DNA from: Verrucomicrobiota bacterium
GTDB taxonomy: Bacteria; Verrucomicrobiota; Verrucomicrobiia; Limisphaerales; UBA11358
Length of the DNA: 64,000 bases
Assembly (NCBI GenBank): GCA_049511835.1
Contig: JBEKXN010000004.1
Coordinates: 81,231 to 145,230 of the forward strand
Direction of reading: 5' to 3'
The first letter of the stretch is position 1. The number at the start of each line of letters is the position of its first letter. The position numbers and the translations under genes were made by a program. Shown piece after piece: positions 17,812-26,938 of this stretch. The notes beneath the pieces were generated by a model. The model was not told the origin of the DNA. It saw only the letters and a program-made list of their open reading frames with translations, and ran no database searches.

Positions 17812-19583
17812 TTTAGTTTCTTTCCCTCGTGATTTAACCCCGTAATACTGCGGACTACCGCCGTCACTTCTCCCTGGCCATTCTTGATGAAGGTGTATCG
17901 CATGTGATTGATCTTGCAGAAAAAGTTCGTTTCCGATTCGGGATACATATCGAAGGCGCCCTCGAGAACGTTCTCGCCCCAGGCTTGCCCGAACAACTGG
18001 TCTCCCTGCCGCCAGATCGTCAGTTTGATTCCCGTGGGATACGCGGCGTCCGGCGCGACTTCGTAATGGCCGACACAGGCGTCAAGAAGTTTTGGGGCCA
18101 GCTTGATGGCAACAGGCCGTTTCAGCGGTTCGGGGGCTTTGGGCGGCTGATCGGAGATTTTCTCATAATAAAACTCTCTGCCCTGGAAGTGCACGGTTAA
18201 GCCGGTCACCTTGCCTCGTGTATCCCGGGAAAAGGTCATGGGTATGCCGCTCAACCTTTCAAAAAAACGATTTTCCGATTCCGGCAATAATTCGATGGTG
18301 AGAGGCGGTAATAATACATCAACCGGCCACGATCTTGATCCTGTGGCCTGGGCGAAGAGCCGGTCCCCTTCACGGCAAATACCGATGCCGGATGGGATCA
18401 TATTACTCGACACGAGCGCAACATCAGGTGGACGCTGGTATTGTCCGAGATACGAACCATAAACTTTGTTGCTGATTTTGGTTTCCTTGGGCCGATGGTC
18501 CGACTGCCATTCGCTTTCGAGTAACAAGAGGCCCAAGCCGTAAACGACATCCCAATCTTCCGTGTTAGCCAAGACCACCACGCCGCGCCGCCGGGCCTTG
18601 TCGAAACCGATGAACGTGCGAAAACCGCCCGTACCTCCGGTTTTCCAGATGATTTGTGTCCCATGCAGGTCGGAAATATACCAAGCCAACCCAATGTCAG
18701 TGTCCGGCTCTAAACGAAAGTGCGCGACCTGTGTTTTTTCCATGAGCGGTGTCAGAGTGGATGGCGTCAGGCCGAGGTTGGCAGACACGTATTTGAGCTG
18801 GTCATGGGCCGTCGAGCACAGCGCACCACAGCCCGCCAAGACCCCAAATTCCATAACCGGGACCGCGTAGTTGAGTTCAGAGTGTCCCTGTGCAAACCGC
18901 GCTTTCATTCCGGGCGTCAAAGTGATCCGCGTGCTGTCCATCTTTAGTGGCCGGCAAATCCGATCCACCACGAGCGACTCGTAGTTCGTCCCGGCTTTCA
19001 GCGCAATGACATGACCGAGCAATCCCATTCCTAGGTTGGAATATTGATATTTCGCGCCCGGATCACGGGTCAATCTGTAGCCGGACAGGAAGGCATACAA
19101 CTTTTCGACGGAATAATCAGCATAGGGGCTATCCGCGCTTTTGGTGTCAACGTTGTCAGGATTGTCTGGCAGCCCGGAGGTGTGCGTCGCCAGTTGAAGC
19201 AAGGTGATTTCCTTGCCGTTGCGGGTTGGCATCCTGACCGACTTGGGCAAATACCTGGCCACGGGATCATCCAGCTTCATCTCCCCGCGCTCAATCATGT
19301 CTTGCAGCAACAGCGCGGTAAATGTCTTCGTGACCGAACCGATCTCAAACACGGTACTGCCATTCACTGCCTGATCGGTCCCGTTATCCAGTTTTCCGCA
19401 ACTGACAATGCTGCTGCCATGCTCGTCCACAATGCCGACCACTATGCCGACGTCACGCTTTTCAAGCTCGACGCGCTGTTGCAGGTAAGCGTGGATGGCA
19501 TTGGTGAAATCCTCCGCCGCAGCACGGAATGAAGATGCCGATAACAATATCATGAAACAAAGGACTCGGATGGCAGTGGTCAT
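17808..19583 (-). CDS. beta-lactamase-fold serine hydrolase (class C/EstB-like) with two C-terminal DUF3471-like modules
   Basis: Signal peptide. The SVTK (SxxK), YSN and KTG motifs are all present. C-terminal module LDACVGHYEVAP...LTIWRQGDQLFGQ...PESETNFF...GEVTAVV. Confidence 0.8.
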   Translation of the reverse strand: MTTAIRVLCFMILLSASSFRAAAEDFTNAIHAYLQQRVELEKRDVGIVVGIVDEHGSSIVSCGKLDNGTDQAVNGSTVFEIGSVTKTFTALLLQDMIERGEMKLDDPVARYLPKSVRMPTRNGKEITLLQLATHTSGLPDNPDNVDTKSADSPYADYSVEKLYAFLSGYRLTRDPGAKYQYSNLGMGLLGHVIALKAGTNYESLVVDRICRPLKMDSTRITLTPGMKARFAQGHSELNYAVPVMEFGVLAGCGALCSTAHDQLKYVSANLGLTPSTLTPLMEKTQVAHFRLEPDTDIGLAWYISDLHGTQIIWKTGGTGGFRTFIGFDKARRRGVVVLANTEDWDVVYGLGLLLLESEWQSDHRPKETKISNKVYGSYLGQYQRPPDVALVSSNMIPSGIGICREGDRLFAQATGSRSWPVDVLLPPLTIELLPESENRFFERLSGIPMTFSRDTRGKVTGLTVHFQGREFYYEKISDQPPKAPEPLKRPVAIKLAPKLLDACVGHYEVAPDAAYPTGIKLTIWRQGDQLFGQAWGENVLEGAFDMYPESETNFFCKINHMRYTFIKNGQGEVTAVVRSITGLNHEGKKLK

Positions 19584-20791
19584 TTTAGTTTCTTTCCCTC
19601 GCTATCCGGAACCCCCGCTTGAGAGGAATGGTGGATGACAGCCGTCACTTCTCCCTTGTCATTCTTGATGAAGGTCAATTGCGCGCCATCGATTTTGAGG
19701 AAGAAATTCGTTTCCGATTCGGGATAAATATGAAACGCACCTTTGAGGGTGTTCTCGCCCCAGACTTGTCCGACCAACTGATCTCCTTCCCGCCAGATCG
19801 TCACCTTCCCTACAGTGGGAGACATGGCGTTCGGCGCAAATTCGTAGTGCCCGACACAGGCATCAAGAAGTTTTGCGTCCAGCTTGATGGCAACATGCGA
19901 TTTGGCTGGTGCAGAATCCGGGACGCTGGCACTGGCCGGGAGTGGCACTTTCGGTTCTTTGCCCAGATAGCCGATGCGGCACAGAAACTCATCAACCTCC
20001 TCCGTTGTTATTCCCAGCCAGGGCGGCTGATTGAAGAAGCCGTGCGATTCCCCTTCTGTGAAGCAGGCCTCGACCGGTGCGCCCAGGGATTTGCTCTTCT
20101 GGACAAACTCGCGGATCTCATAGTTAAACTGATCTTCCGTGCCATCGATGAACAATGTGGGAGGCGCTTTTTTGCAGACATGAAAGAAAGGGGAAATCCG
20201 CTTCAGCATCGCGTCGTCCATGCCGGTGAGGGGGTTGTCGGCACCACCGCCGCGCAACGCGATCAGGTTCAGGTCGGGGTTGTAGAGAACCATCGCATTG
20301 GGCTTGGGAGAGACGGATTTGTCGTCGTCCGGAGCGTTGATCCCCTCGGCGAAAAAGGTGCAGGCCGCGAGATGCCCCCCTGCCGAACCGCCCGAAGCCA
20401 CGATACGGTTGGGATCGATGCCGAGCTGGGCAGCATGGCTGCGGACCCAGCGCATGGCGCTGATGGCGTCTTCGACGCATTTGTCGAGCTTGACGCCGTC
20501 CTTGGCGTGGGTACGGCGATCGGCACGGGCACAGACCAAGCCACGCTTGGCGAAGTATTCGGCCTGAGGCTTGAACTGGTCAAGCGTGCCGCCTCCACCA
20601 GAAAAGAAAACAATGGCCGGGTGCTTATCGGCTGGCTTCCAGTCGGGCGGGTAGTCGAGGTCGAGCGTCAGCTTCCGTTCGCCGACGGTCTTATAGACAT
20701 ATTGCGCCTGTGGTTTGGCCTCCGCCGAAGCGCGAAAGGAAAACGCCGATAACAGTATCGTGAAACAAATTACTCGGACGGCAGTGGTCAT
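19580..20791 (-). CDS. alpha/beta-hydrolase (esterase/lipase-type) fused to one DUF3471-like module
   Basis: The signal peptide resembles those of the neighbours. IVFFSGGGG oxyanion region and GGSAGGHLA nucleophile elbow. The C-terminal module resembles those of the flanking genes. Confidence 0.75.
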   Translation of the reverse strand: MTTAVRVICFTILLSAFSFRASAEAKPQAQYVYKTVGERKLTLDLDYPPDWKPADKHPAIVFFSGGGGTLDQFKPQAEYFAKRGLVCARADRRTHAKDGVKLDKCVEDAISAMRWVRSHAAQLGIDPNRIVASGGSAGGHLAACTFFAEGINAPDDDKSVSPKPNAMVLYNPDLNLIALRGGGADNPLTGMDDAMLKRISPFFHVCKKAPPTLFIDGTEDQFNYEIREFVQKSKSLGAPVEACFTEGESHGFFNQPPWLGITTEEVDEFLCRIGYLGKEPKVPLPASASVPDSAPAKSHVAIKLDAKLLDACVGHYEFAPNAMSPTVGKVTIWREGDQLVGQVWGENTLKGAFHIYPESETNFFLKIDGAQLTFIKNDKGEVTAVIHHSSQAGVPDSEGKKLK

Positions 20792-22758
20792 TTTAGTTTC
20801 TTTCCCTCGAGATCTGGAAACCCCGCTCCATGGTCGATCGCCGCCGTCACTTCTCCTTCTTTATTCTTGATGAAGATGAATTGCTCATCAGCGATTTTGA
20901 GGAAGAAATTCGTTTCCGATTCGGGATAAATATCGAAAGCGCCTTGGCCGACGTTCTTGCCCCAGCATTGCGAGACCAACTGATCTTCTTCCCGCCGGAT
21001 CGTCAGTTTCATTCCAGTGGGAAACATGGCGTTCGGCGCAAATTCGTAGTGGCCGACGACGGCATCAAGAAGTTTTGTGTCCAGCTTGATGAGGACGGGA
21101 CGTTTCGGTGGTTCGGGAGCTTTTGGTGGTTCATCGGAGATTTTCTCGTAAAAAAACACCTTCTCGCGGTAGTGCAGCGTCAAGCCGGTCACCTTGCCCC
21201 GGGCATCCCGGGAAAAGGTCATGGGCACGCCGCTCAACCTTTCAAAGAGACAGTTTTCCGATTCCGGCAACAATTCCGCCTGGACAAGCGGAAATAATAC
21301 ATCAATCGGATTTGATTGTGATCCCCACGCTTGCAAGAACCTCCAATCCTCAATCGGACATAAGTTCAATCCTGTGGCTTGGGCGAAGAGCCGATCCCCT
21401 TCGCGGTGAATGCCGATGCCGGGCTGAAAACGCGCGCAAAATACACGACTCGACACTAGAGCAAGGAGCGGGGCCAAAAGACCACAGACCAGGACCACGC
21501 AACCCAAGATGACCCATCGCTTGCGGAAACTGCCAGCACGCCAGAGGAGGATCACCAGCGCCGCGAGGCAGAAAGCCGCCGGGAGAAAGATGGCCGTTTT
21601 GGGAGCGTTGCGGAGATACTGCCGCATAACGAACATTCCCAGTGTAAAATCAGGTGACCGTCGGTATTGTCCTACATACGAACCGTAAACCTGACTGTTA
21701 ATGTTGGTCTTCGTTGGCCGTCGGTCCGATTGCCATTCGCTTTCAAGTAGAAGATTGCCCAACTCGCGCCCTGAATCGTCCGCAGTGGACAAGATTACCA
21801 CGCCGCGACGCCGCGTCTTGTCGAAACAGGCATACGATCTGCCGCCGAACCCCCCTCCGCCGGTATGGATCATTCCCTCTATCTCCGGAGCATAACTGAG
21901 GTTAGTCATGCTTTTTTCCATGAGCGGTGTCAGACCTGACGGAGTCAGGCCGAGGGCCGACACGAATTTCAGCAGGTCATTGGCTGTTGAGTGCAGCCCG
22001 GCAAAGGGTTTCATAGCTCCCCAATCCCAACTCGGTCTCGCATAGCCGAACTCATTGTGTTCGCTGGCGAGCCGAGATTTCAGTTCGCCAGTCAGAGTGA
22101 ACCGGGCGCTATCCATCTTCAATGGCCGGAAAATCCGGTCCACCATGAGAGATTCGAAATCCGTCCCGGCTTTCAGCGCCATGGCCTGGCTCAGCAATCC
22201 CAGGTCCACGCCGCCATGATAATGCTTCGTTCCCGGGTCATTGGTCAATTGGCAGCCGGACACGAAGGCATACATTTTCTCGACGGTAAAATCAGCAAAG
22301 GGATTATCCGCGCGTTTAGGGTCAAGTTTGCCAATTAAGTTTGGAAGCCCGGAGGTTTCCTTCACCAGGTGGCGCAAGGTGATTTCCTTGCCATGGTAGG
22401 TCGGCATTTTGACAGACTTGGGCAAATAGCCGGCCACGGGATCATCCAGCTTCATTTCTCCACGCTCAACCATGTCTAGCAGCAACAAGTGGGTAAATGT
22501 GCCTGTCGCGGAATGAACATTGAACAGTGTGTCGCCATTCGCTTCCCGGTCGGTGCCATTATCCAATTTCCCAAAACTGACAATGCTGCTGCCATGCTCG
22601 TCCACAATGCCGACCACGATGCAGCCGTTTATCTTTTCAGCCTCGACGCGCTGTTGCAGATACGCGTGGATGGCATTGGTGAAATCCTCCGCCGCAGCGC
22701 GAAAGGGAAACGCCGATAACAACAGCGTGAAACAAATGGCTCGGATGGCAGTTTTCAT
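20788..22758 (-). CDS. beta-lactamase-fold paralogue with degenerate catalytic motifs and an internal two-helix membrane insertion
   Basis: Collinear with 17808..19583, but SVTK becomes SATG, YSN becomes HGG and KTG becomes HTG. An extra hydrophobic segment, TAIFLPAAFCLAALVILLW...WVILGCVVLVCGLLAPLLALV, is present. Confidence 0.7.
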   Translation of the reverse strand: MKTAIRAICFTLLLSAFPFRAAAEDFTNAIHAYLQQRVEAEKINGCIVVGIVDEHGSSIVSFGKLDNGTDREANGDTLFNVHSATGTFTHLLLLDMVERGEMKLDDPVAGYLPKSVKMPTYHGKEITLRHLVKETSGLPNLIGKLDPKRADNPFADFTVEKMYAFVSGCQLTNDPGTKHYHGGVDLGLLSQAMALKAGTDFESLMVDRIFRPLKMDSARFTLTGELKSRLASEHNEFGYARPSWDWGAMKPFAGLHSTANDLLKFVSALGLTPSGLTPLMEKSMTNLSYAPEIEGMIHTGGGGFGGRSYACFDKTRRRGVVILSTADDSGRELGNLLLESEWQSDRRPTKTNINSQVYGSYVGQYRRSPDFTLGMFVMRQYLRNAPKTAIFLPAAFCLAALVILLWRAGSFRKRWVILGCVVLVCGLLAPLLALVSSRVFCARFQPGIGIHREGDRLFAQATGLNLCPIEDWRFLQAWGSQSNPIDVLFPLVQAELLPESENCLFERLSGVPMTFSRDARGKVTGLTLHYREKVFFYEKISDEPPKAPEPPKRPVLIKLDTKLLDAVVGHYEFAPNAMFPTGMKLTIRREEDQLVSQCWGKNVGQGAFDIYPESETNFFLKIADEQFIFIKNKEGEVTAAIDHGAGFPDLEGKKLK

Positions 22759-24668
22759 TTCAGTTTCTTTTCCTCGATTTCCTCCTTGGGTAGAGGGCCG
22801 GACAGCGTGACGCTCTGACCGATGGCCGGAATTTTGAAGGGTTGGTAGGGCTGGTAGCCTCGCGTTTGCCAGTCGAACCGGAGCCAGTGGAAATCGGGCG
22901 AATCCAGCGAGGTGTCGAACCGGAATGCAACGCGGGACGGCAAATCCGATGCATCCGATTCCAGGACTTCCACCGTGAGGCCGTCGAGGTCATACCGGTC
23001 GCCTTTTTTGCATCTGGGTCCGCCCACGAGCAGGTTTAAAGTCCTGCAGGCGTAGGCGCTATGGATCGGACCAACATTGTCGCAGAAGAATATGTCCGGC
23101 GCTTTGGATTGAATCACCAGCGTTTTGTCATCGGTCCGCTGGACGTCGAAGCTCGTGCCAGCCGGTACCAGCGCCCGCAAGGTCTTGGGCAGCGGCTGGT
23201 GGTGATACGCTTTGTAAGCAGGTGCATGAACCAACGCGAGCGGCAAGGCGTTGATAATGATCACATTTTCGTTCTCGATGTTTGGCCAATCACCGAGATC
23301 ACTGAGTAAGCACATCCGGTTGAAAAGGAGAGGGGCAACTTTAACTACTGCGACTCTTCCGGCGGCCGCTCCCGGAACATGCGCCAGAATCAGCAGCACG
23401 CAGGCAATCCATGCCGGGATTCGGTAGGCCAACGCTTTCGGCAACCGACTCGGCCGGGTGATCAGGCCGGCGACAAAACTGGCGATCAATCCATAAGCTC
23501 CGACGGCCACAAAGCCAAGGTTCTTGCTGACTGGCACTACCGTGGACGCAGGGATGGCCGCCAGCACCATGATCGCGAACCAGAACGCGGCCGTTTTGTC
23601 CCGGCGCACCCACGGGAGGAAAACCACCAAAGCCGCGACCACGGTCACGCAAAAAAGCGCCGCGACCCTCTGCCGCAATAGAGGATTGAGTGCGCACAAA
23701 ACATCCGGCGCCACGCCGGTAAGTTGGCCGCCAAGCAGAACCATCGCCCGGGGAATCAACACCCGCCCAAACTCAAGCGGATCGTTGGCAGGGTCAGTGT
23801 AAAGGCCCATCTGAAACACACCAAAGCCGGAAAGTGTATAGATGGTCCGCCACAGAACGATCACCAGAATCGCAGGCAAAATCGTCAGCGCCCGGTGGCG
23901 AAGAGAACCCGGCTCGCGCACCAGCGCATACGCGAAGATGAAGGCCAACGTGGAAGCTCCGCCTTCATCCGTGAGAAGCGAAAGCGCGAGGAACACGGCG
24001 GACAACACCAATCCGGAACGGGACTTTGCGGAACGCCATTGATGATGTTCATAAAGACACAGCAGGCCGAAGAATAATGATAGCATGAAGCCGCGGTTTG
24101 CGACGAACGCCACCGGGAAGTAGGTGTTGACATCGAGCAGGAACAACAGCGCCGCGAATCCCGCGACCCATCCCGCTCCCATCAGCTTCCGGTAAACAAT
24201 CGTGATGAGAAACACGATGGCCGCGAACCAGGCGATGTTGTGGGCGTGCATCAGCATGGGCGAGTCGGGAAAAAGCCGGTAATCAAGCCAGTGGGTGAAG
24301 GCGGCGAGCGGCCGCCAAAGGGCAAATCTGAAATTGTCCGGCGTCCACCACGGCAGCGTGCCGTAACTTTTCATCAACGCCATGCATTGCGGATCTCGGC
24401 TGAAGCCGAAAAGGTCGCAGAGCACGGTCCCGAGACTGCCGGAATCCGCAGGGTTGCCCGTCTCGTGCATTCGCGGCGGCAATTGGCTGGGCTTGAGTTC
24501 GACGGCCCGCTGCATCAGATCGTCCACCGCCAAGTCGATCTTCAAGGCGGGCAACATGACCAGTATCGCCCCAATTGCCAGAATCGCTGGAAGGTGGCGA
24601 TGCTCAAGAAGTTTTTTCAAGAACCCCAGCATCTTGGCTCCTATTCCATTCGTTTTCATCGTTTCCAT
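22755..24668 (-). CDS. polytopic inner-membrane protein with C-terminal soluble domain (possible GT-C/ArnT-PMT-like glycosyltransferase)
   Basis: More than 10 hydrophobic helices. An acidic DD pair lies in the first loop (KIDLAVDDLMQ). A soluble tail of roughly 200 aa follows. The family assignment is tentative. Confidence 0.35.
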   Translation of the reverse strand: METMKTNGIGAKMLGFLKKLLEHRHLPAILAIGAILVMLPALKIDLAVDDLMQRAVELKPSQLPPRMHETGNPADSGSLGTVLCDLFGFSRDPQCMALMKSYGTLPWWTPDNFRFALWRPLAAFTHWLDYRLFPDSPMLMHAHNIAWFAAIVFLITIVYRKLMGAGWVAGFAALLFLLDVNTYFPVAFVANRGFMLSLFFGLLCLYEHHQWRSAKSRSGLVLSAVFLALSLLTDEGGASTLAFIFAYALVREPGSLRHRALTILPAILVIVLWRTIYTLSGFGVFQMGLYTDPANDPLEFGRVLIPRAMVLLGGQLTGVAPDVLCALNPLLRQRVAALFCVTVVAALVVFLPWVRRDKTAAFWFAIMVLAAIPASTVVPVSKNLGFVAVGAYGLIASFVAGLITRPSRLPKALAYRIPAWIACVLLILAHVPGAAAGRVAVVKVAPLLFNRMCLLSDLGDWPNIENENVIIINALPLALVHAPAYKAYHHQPLPKTLRALVPAGTSFDVQRTDDKTLVIQSKAPDIFFCDNVGPIHSAYACRTLNLLVGGPRCKKGDRYDLDGLTVEVLESDASDLPSRVAFRFDTSLDSPDFHWLRFDWQTRGYQPYQPFKIPAIGQSVTLSGPLPKEEIEEKKLK

Positions 24669-24856
24669 TCGATTTGGTCAATAACCATTCCTGCCCTTCA
24701 GGAATAGACAAGGGAAATCAGAAAGCCTCACGCTTCGCGGGGTCGGTCAATGGAATCGTGCCATCCAACCAACACGGGTCATCATTTGCTGCGCCGATTG
24801 CGGAGTCCCACGAATCGTCCACGCGCAACACGCCAAAAAGCGGAAGCCGACGATAA

Positions 24857-24946
24857 TTGTCAGCAGGCACAGGCTGGACAATTCCCGGCGACCCGGACCA
24901 GACGAACATTGCCGGCAGGGGCGGCCTGCACTCGGCGGAGAACTAG
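24857..24946 (+). pseudogene. remnant copy of the ETF-QO 3' end
   Basis: Translates as ...PGDPDQTNIAGRGGLHSAEN-stop, compared with the ETF-QO tail LPDNPERTNIAFRAGTGGLHSAEN-stop. A 23-nt identical core lies at 24920-24942 and 10794-10816. Confidence 0.65.
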
Positions 24947-25003
24947 CAGTTCAATGGCTGAATTTCAGTTGAGCTTAAGACGTGGTTGGCACAAGGTTGT
25001 GCC

Positions 25004-25630
25004 ATGAAACGAACATTATCCATTTTCGCCGCCGCATTCATCGCCGGCAATCTTTTTGCGCAATCCATTGACCTGCCCGCGCCGCAAAAAACCGGCGGCC
25101 TGCCGCTGATGGATGCGCTGGCCAAGCGGTCCACGGTTAGGGCTTTCGATTCCAAGGAGCTTTCACCCCAACAGCTCTCCAGCCTCCTCTGGGCGGCTTT
25201 CGGCATCAATCGGCCCGATGGCAAGCGTACCGCCCCCTCCGCCATGAATTTTCAGGAGACCGACATCTATGTGCTGCTCAAGCAGGGCGCGTATGTCTAT
25301 TCCGCCAAATCCAACAAACTCGATCTAATTGTCGCCGAAGACATCCGGGCGCTGGGTGGAACCCAGGCTTTTGTAAAGGACGCGCCCGTGACTTTGGTTT
25401 TCGTCGCCGATCTCTCCAAAATGGGCAAAGGAAACGATGATAGTAAAAAGAACACCGCCAATATTGATGTCGGCTATATTTCCCAAAACGTTTATCTCTT
25501 CTGCGCCTCCGAAGGCTTGGTCACCGGGGCAAGGATGTCGGTGGATAAAGCGGCCCTTGGGCCAAGACTTAAACTTCACCCCGATCAGATGATCATTCTG
25601 GCGCAATCCGTGGGCCATCCAAAGCCCTGA
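25004..25630 (+). CDS. nitroreductase-family (SagB/ThcOx-like) protein with N-terminal signal-like peptide
   Basis: LMDALAKRSTVRAFD...LSSLLWAAFGINRP matches the nitroreductase pattern. Hydrophobic N-terminus MKRTLSIFAAAFIAGNLFA. Confidence 0.6.
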   Translation: MKRTLSIFAAAFIAGNLFAQSIDLPAPQKTGGLPLMDALAKRSTVRAFDSKELSPQQLSSLLWAAFGINRPDGKRTAPSAMNFQETDIYVLLKQGAYVYSAKSNKLDLIVAEDIRALGGTQAFVKDAPVTLVFVADLSKMGKGNDDSKKNTANIDVGYISQNVYLFCASEGLVTGARMSVDKAALGPRLKLHPDQMIILAQSVGHPKP

Positions 25631-25644
25631 ACTGAAGGATAATT

Positions 25645-26766
25645 ATGGCTGAATTGTTTGAGAATGTTTCCATCAACGGAATGACGCTGGCCAACCGCTT
25701 CGTGCGGTCCGCCACCTGGGAGGGGTTGGCCGGCCGCGAGGGTTCCGTCACCCCCAAGCTCACCAAAATGATGGTTGAACTGGCCAGGGGCGAAGTCGGT
25801 TTGATCATCAGCAGTTACGCGTTCGTCAGCCCCGAAGGACAGTCGAGCCCCGGCCAGCTCGCGATTCATGATGATCGTTTCGTGGCCGGGTTGTGGGCAA
25901 TGGTTGAAGCGGTCCATAAGGCCGGCGGAAAAATCGCCTTGCAGATCGTCCACGGCGGGAGGTTTGCGGACTTCGCGCTGACCGGATTGAAGCCAATCGG
26001 CCCCTCCGCCGTTGCCAAGGATGGCCAGACCACCTGCCGGGCGATGAGCAAGTCCGATATCGCCAATATTGTCTCAGCCTTCGCTCAGGCGGCCATGCGG
26101 GCCAAGCAGGCCGGCTTCGATGCGATCCAGCTTCACGCCGCCCATGGTTATCTGTTCAGCCAGTTTCTCTCCCCGGCCCTGAACCAGCGGACGGACGAAT
26201 ATGGCGGCACGCTGGAAAACCGCGCCCGGTTCCTGCTCGAAGCGGTGCGGAGCGTCCGGAAAGCAACCGGGCCGGCCTATCCACTCCTCGTCAAACTCAA
26301 CTCGGAGGATTTCCTGGAAGGCGGGCTGACGCGCGACGAGGCCGTTCAAGTTTCGGCCAGGCTCGAAGCGGCCTCTGTTGATGCCATTGAATTCTCCGGC
26401 GGAACGGCGGCTTCTCCGGAAAAGTTCATGCCGGTGCGCCCCGGGAAGCCGAAGCCTCCGCAGGACGAGGTTTTCTACCGGGAAGCCGCGAAGCTCTACA
26501 AAGCCAGGGTCGGGACACCCCTGATGCTGGTCGGTGGCATTCGCTCCTACGAGACGGCAAACGATTTGATCCGCCGCAGGCTGGCTGACTACATCTCCCT
26601 GTCGCGGCCGCTGATTTGCGAACCGGGACTGGTCAAGCGCTGGCACAACGGAGACCACCGCGAATCGGAATGCGGCTCGTGCAACAGTTGCTTTGCTCCC
26701 GCCAGCGACGGTCGGGGTGTCTATTGTGTGACCATGGAAAAGAAGCGCGGCAAAGCCGGCGGGTGA
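25645..26766 (+). CDS. NADH:flavin oxidoreductase (Old Yellow Enzyme family)
   Basis: NRFVRSATWEG, LQIVHGGR, HAAHGYLFSQFLSP and LVGGIR. Confidence 0.8.
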   Translation: MAELFENVSINGMTLANRFVRSATWEGLAGREGSVTPKLTKMMVELARGEVGLIISSYAFVSPEGQSSPGQLAIHDDRFVAGLWAMVEAVHKAGGKIALQIVHGGRFADFALTGLKPIGPSAVAKDGQTTCRAMSKSDIANIVSAFAQAAMRAKQAGFDAIQLHAAHGYLFSQFLSPALNQRTDEYGGTLENRARFLLEAVRSVRKATGPAYPLLVKLNSEDFLEGGLTRDEAVQVSARLEAASVDAIEFSGGTAASPEKFMPVRPGKPKPPQDEVFYREAAKLYKARVGTPLMLVGGIRSYETANDLIRRRLADYISLSRPLICEPGLVKRWHNGDHRESECGSCNSCFAPASDGRGVYCVTMEKKRGKAGG

Positions 26767-26882
26767 TTAATAGCCGGAGGTTGTGAACGGATCCCGGCAA
26801 CTGACAATTTTTGCGCTGCCGGCAGGTTTTAATCTTCTTCAACCCTGCGACCTTGCCTTTTTTTGCATATTTCGCCCGTCCT

Positions 26883-26938
26883 CCATAGCGGCATTGCGGA
26901 GGGTGGACGTGTTTGGCGGTTTGCCTTTGTCCGTCCGG
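26883..26938 (+). repeat. conserved upstream module, copy 1 (ends 55 nt before the uxuA ATG)
   Basis: ...gcggagggtggacgtgtttggcggtttgcctttgtccgtccgg is near-identical to 28862-28909. Confidence 0.6.

Noticed and set aside
24718-24909. 63-aa minus-strand ORF just upstream of the seven-cistron block.
   Set aside because: It overlaps the ETF-QO 3' remnant on the other strand, has no motif and is not coupled to the next gene. It is more likely non-coding leader.
10821-24946. Intact integrative element or prophage.
   Set aside because: No integrase, excisionase, transposase or phage structural gene lies between the att-like repeats. Only a decayed island is supportable. The XerC/D-like gene at 63718 is far away and looks like a housekeeping gene.
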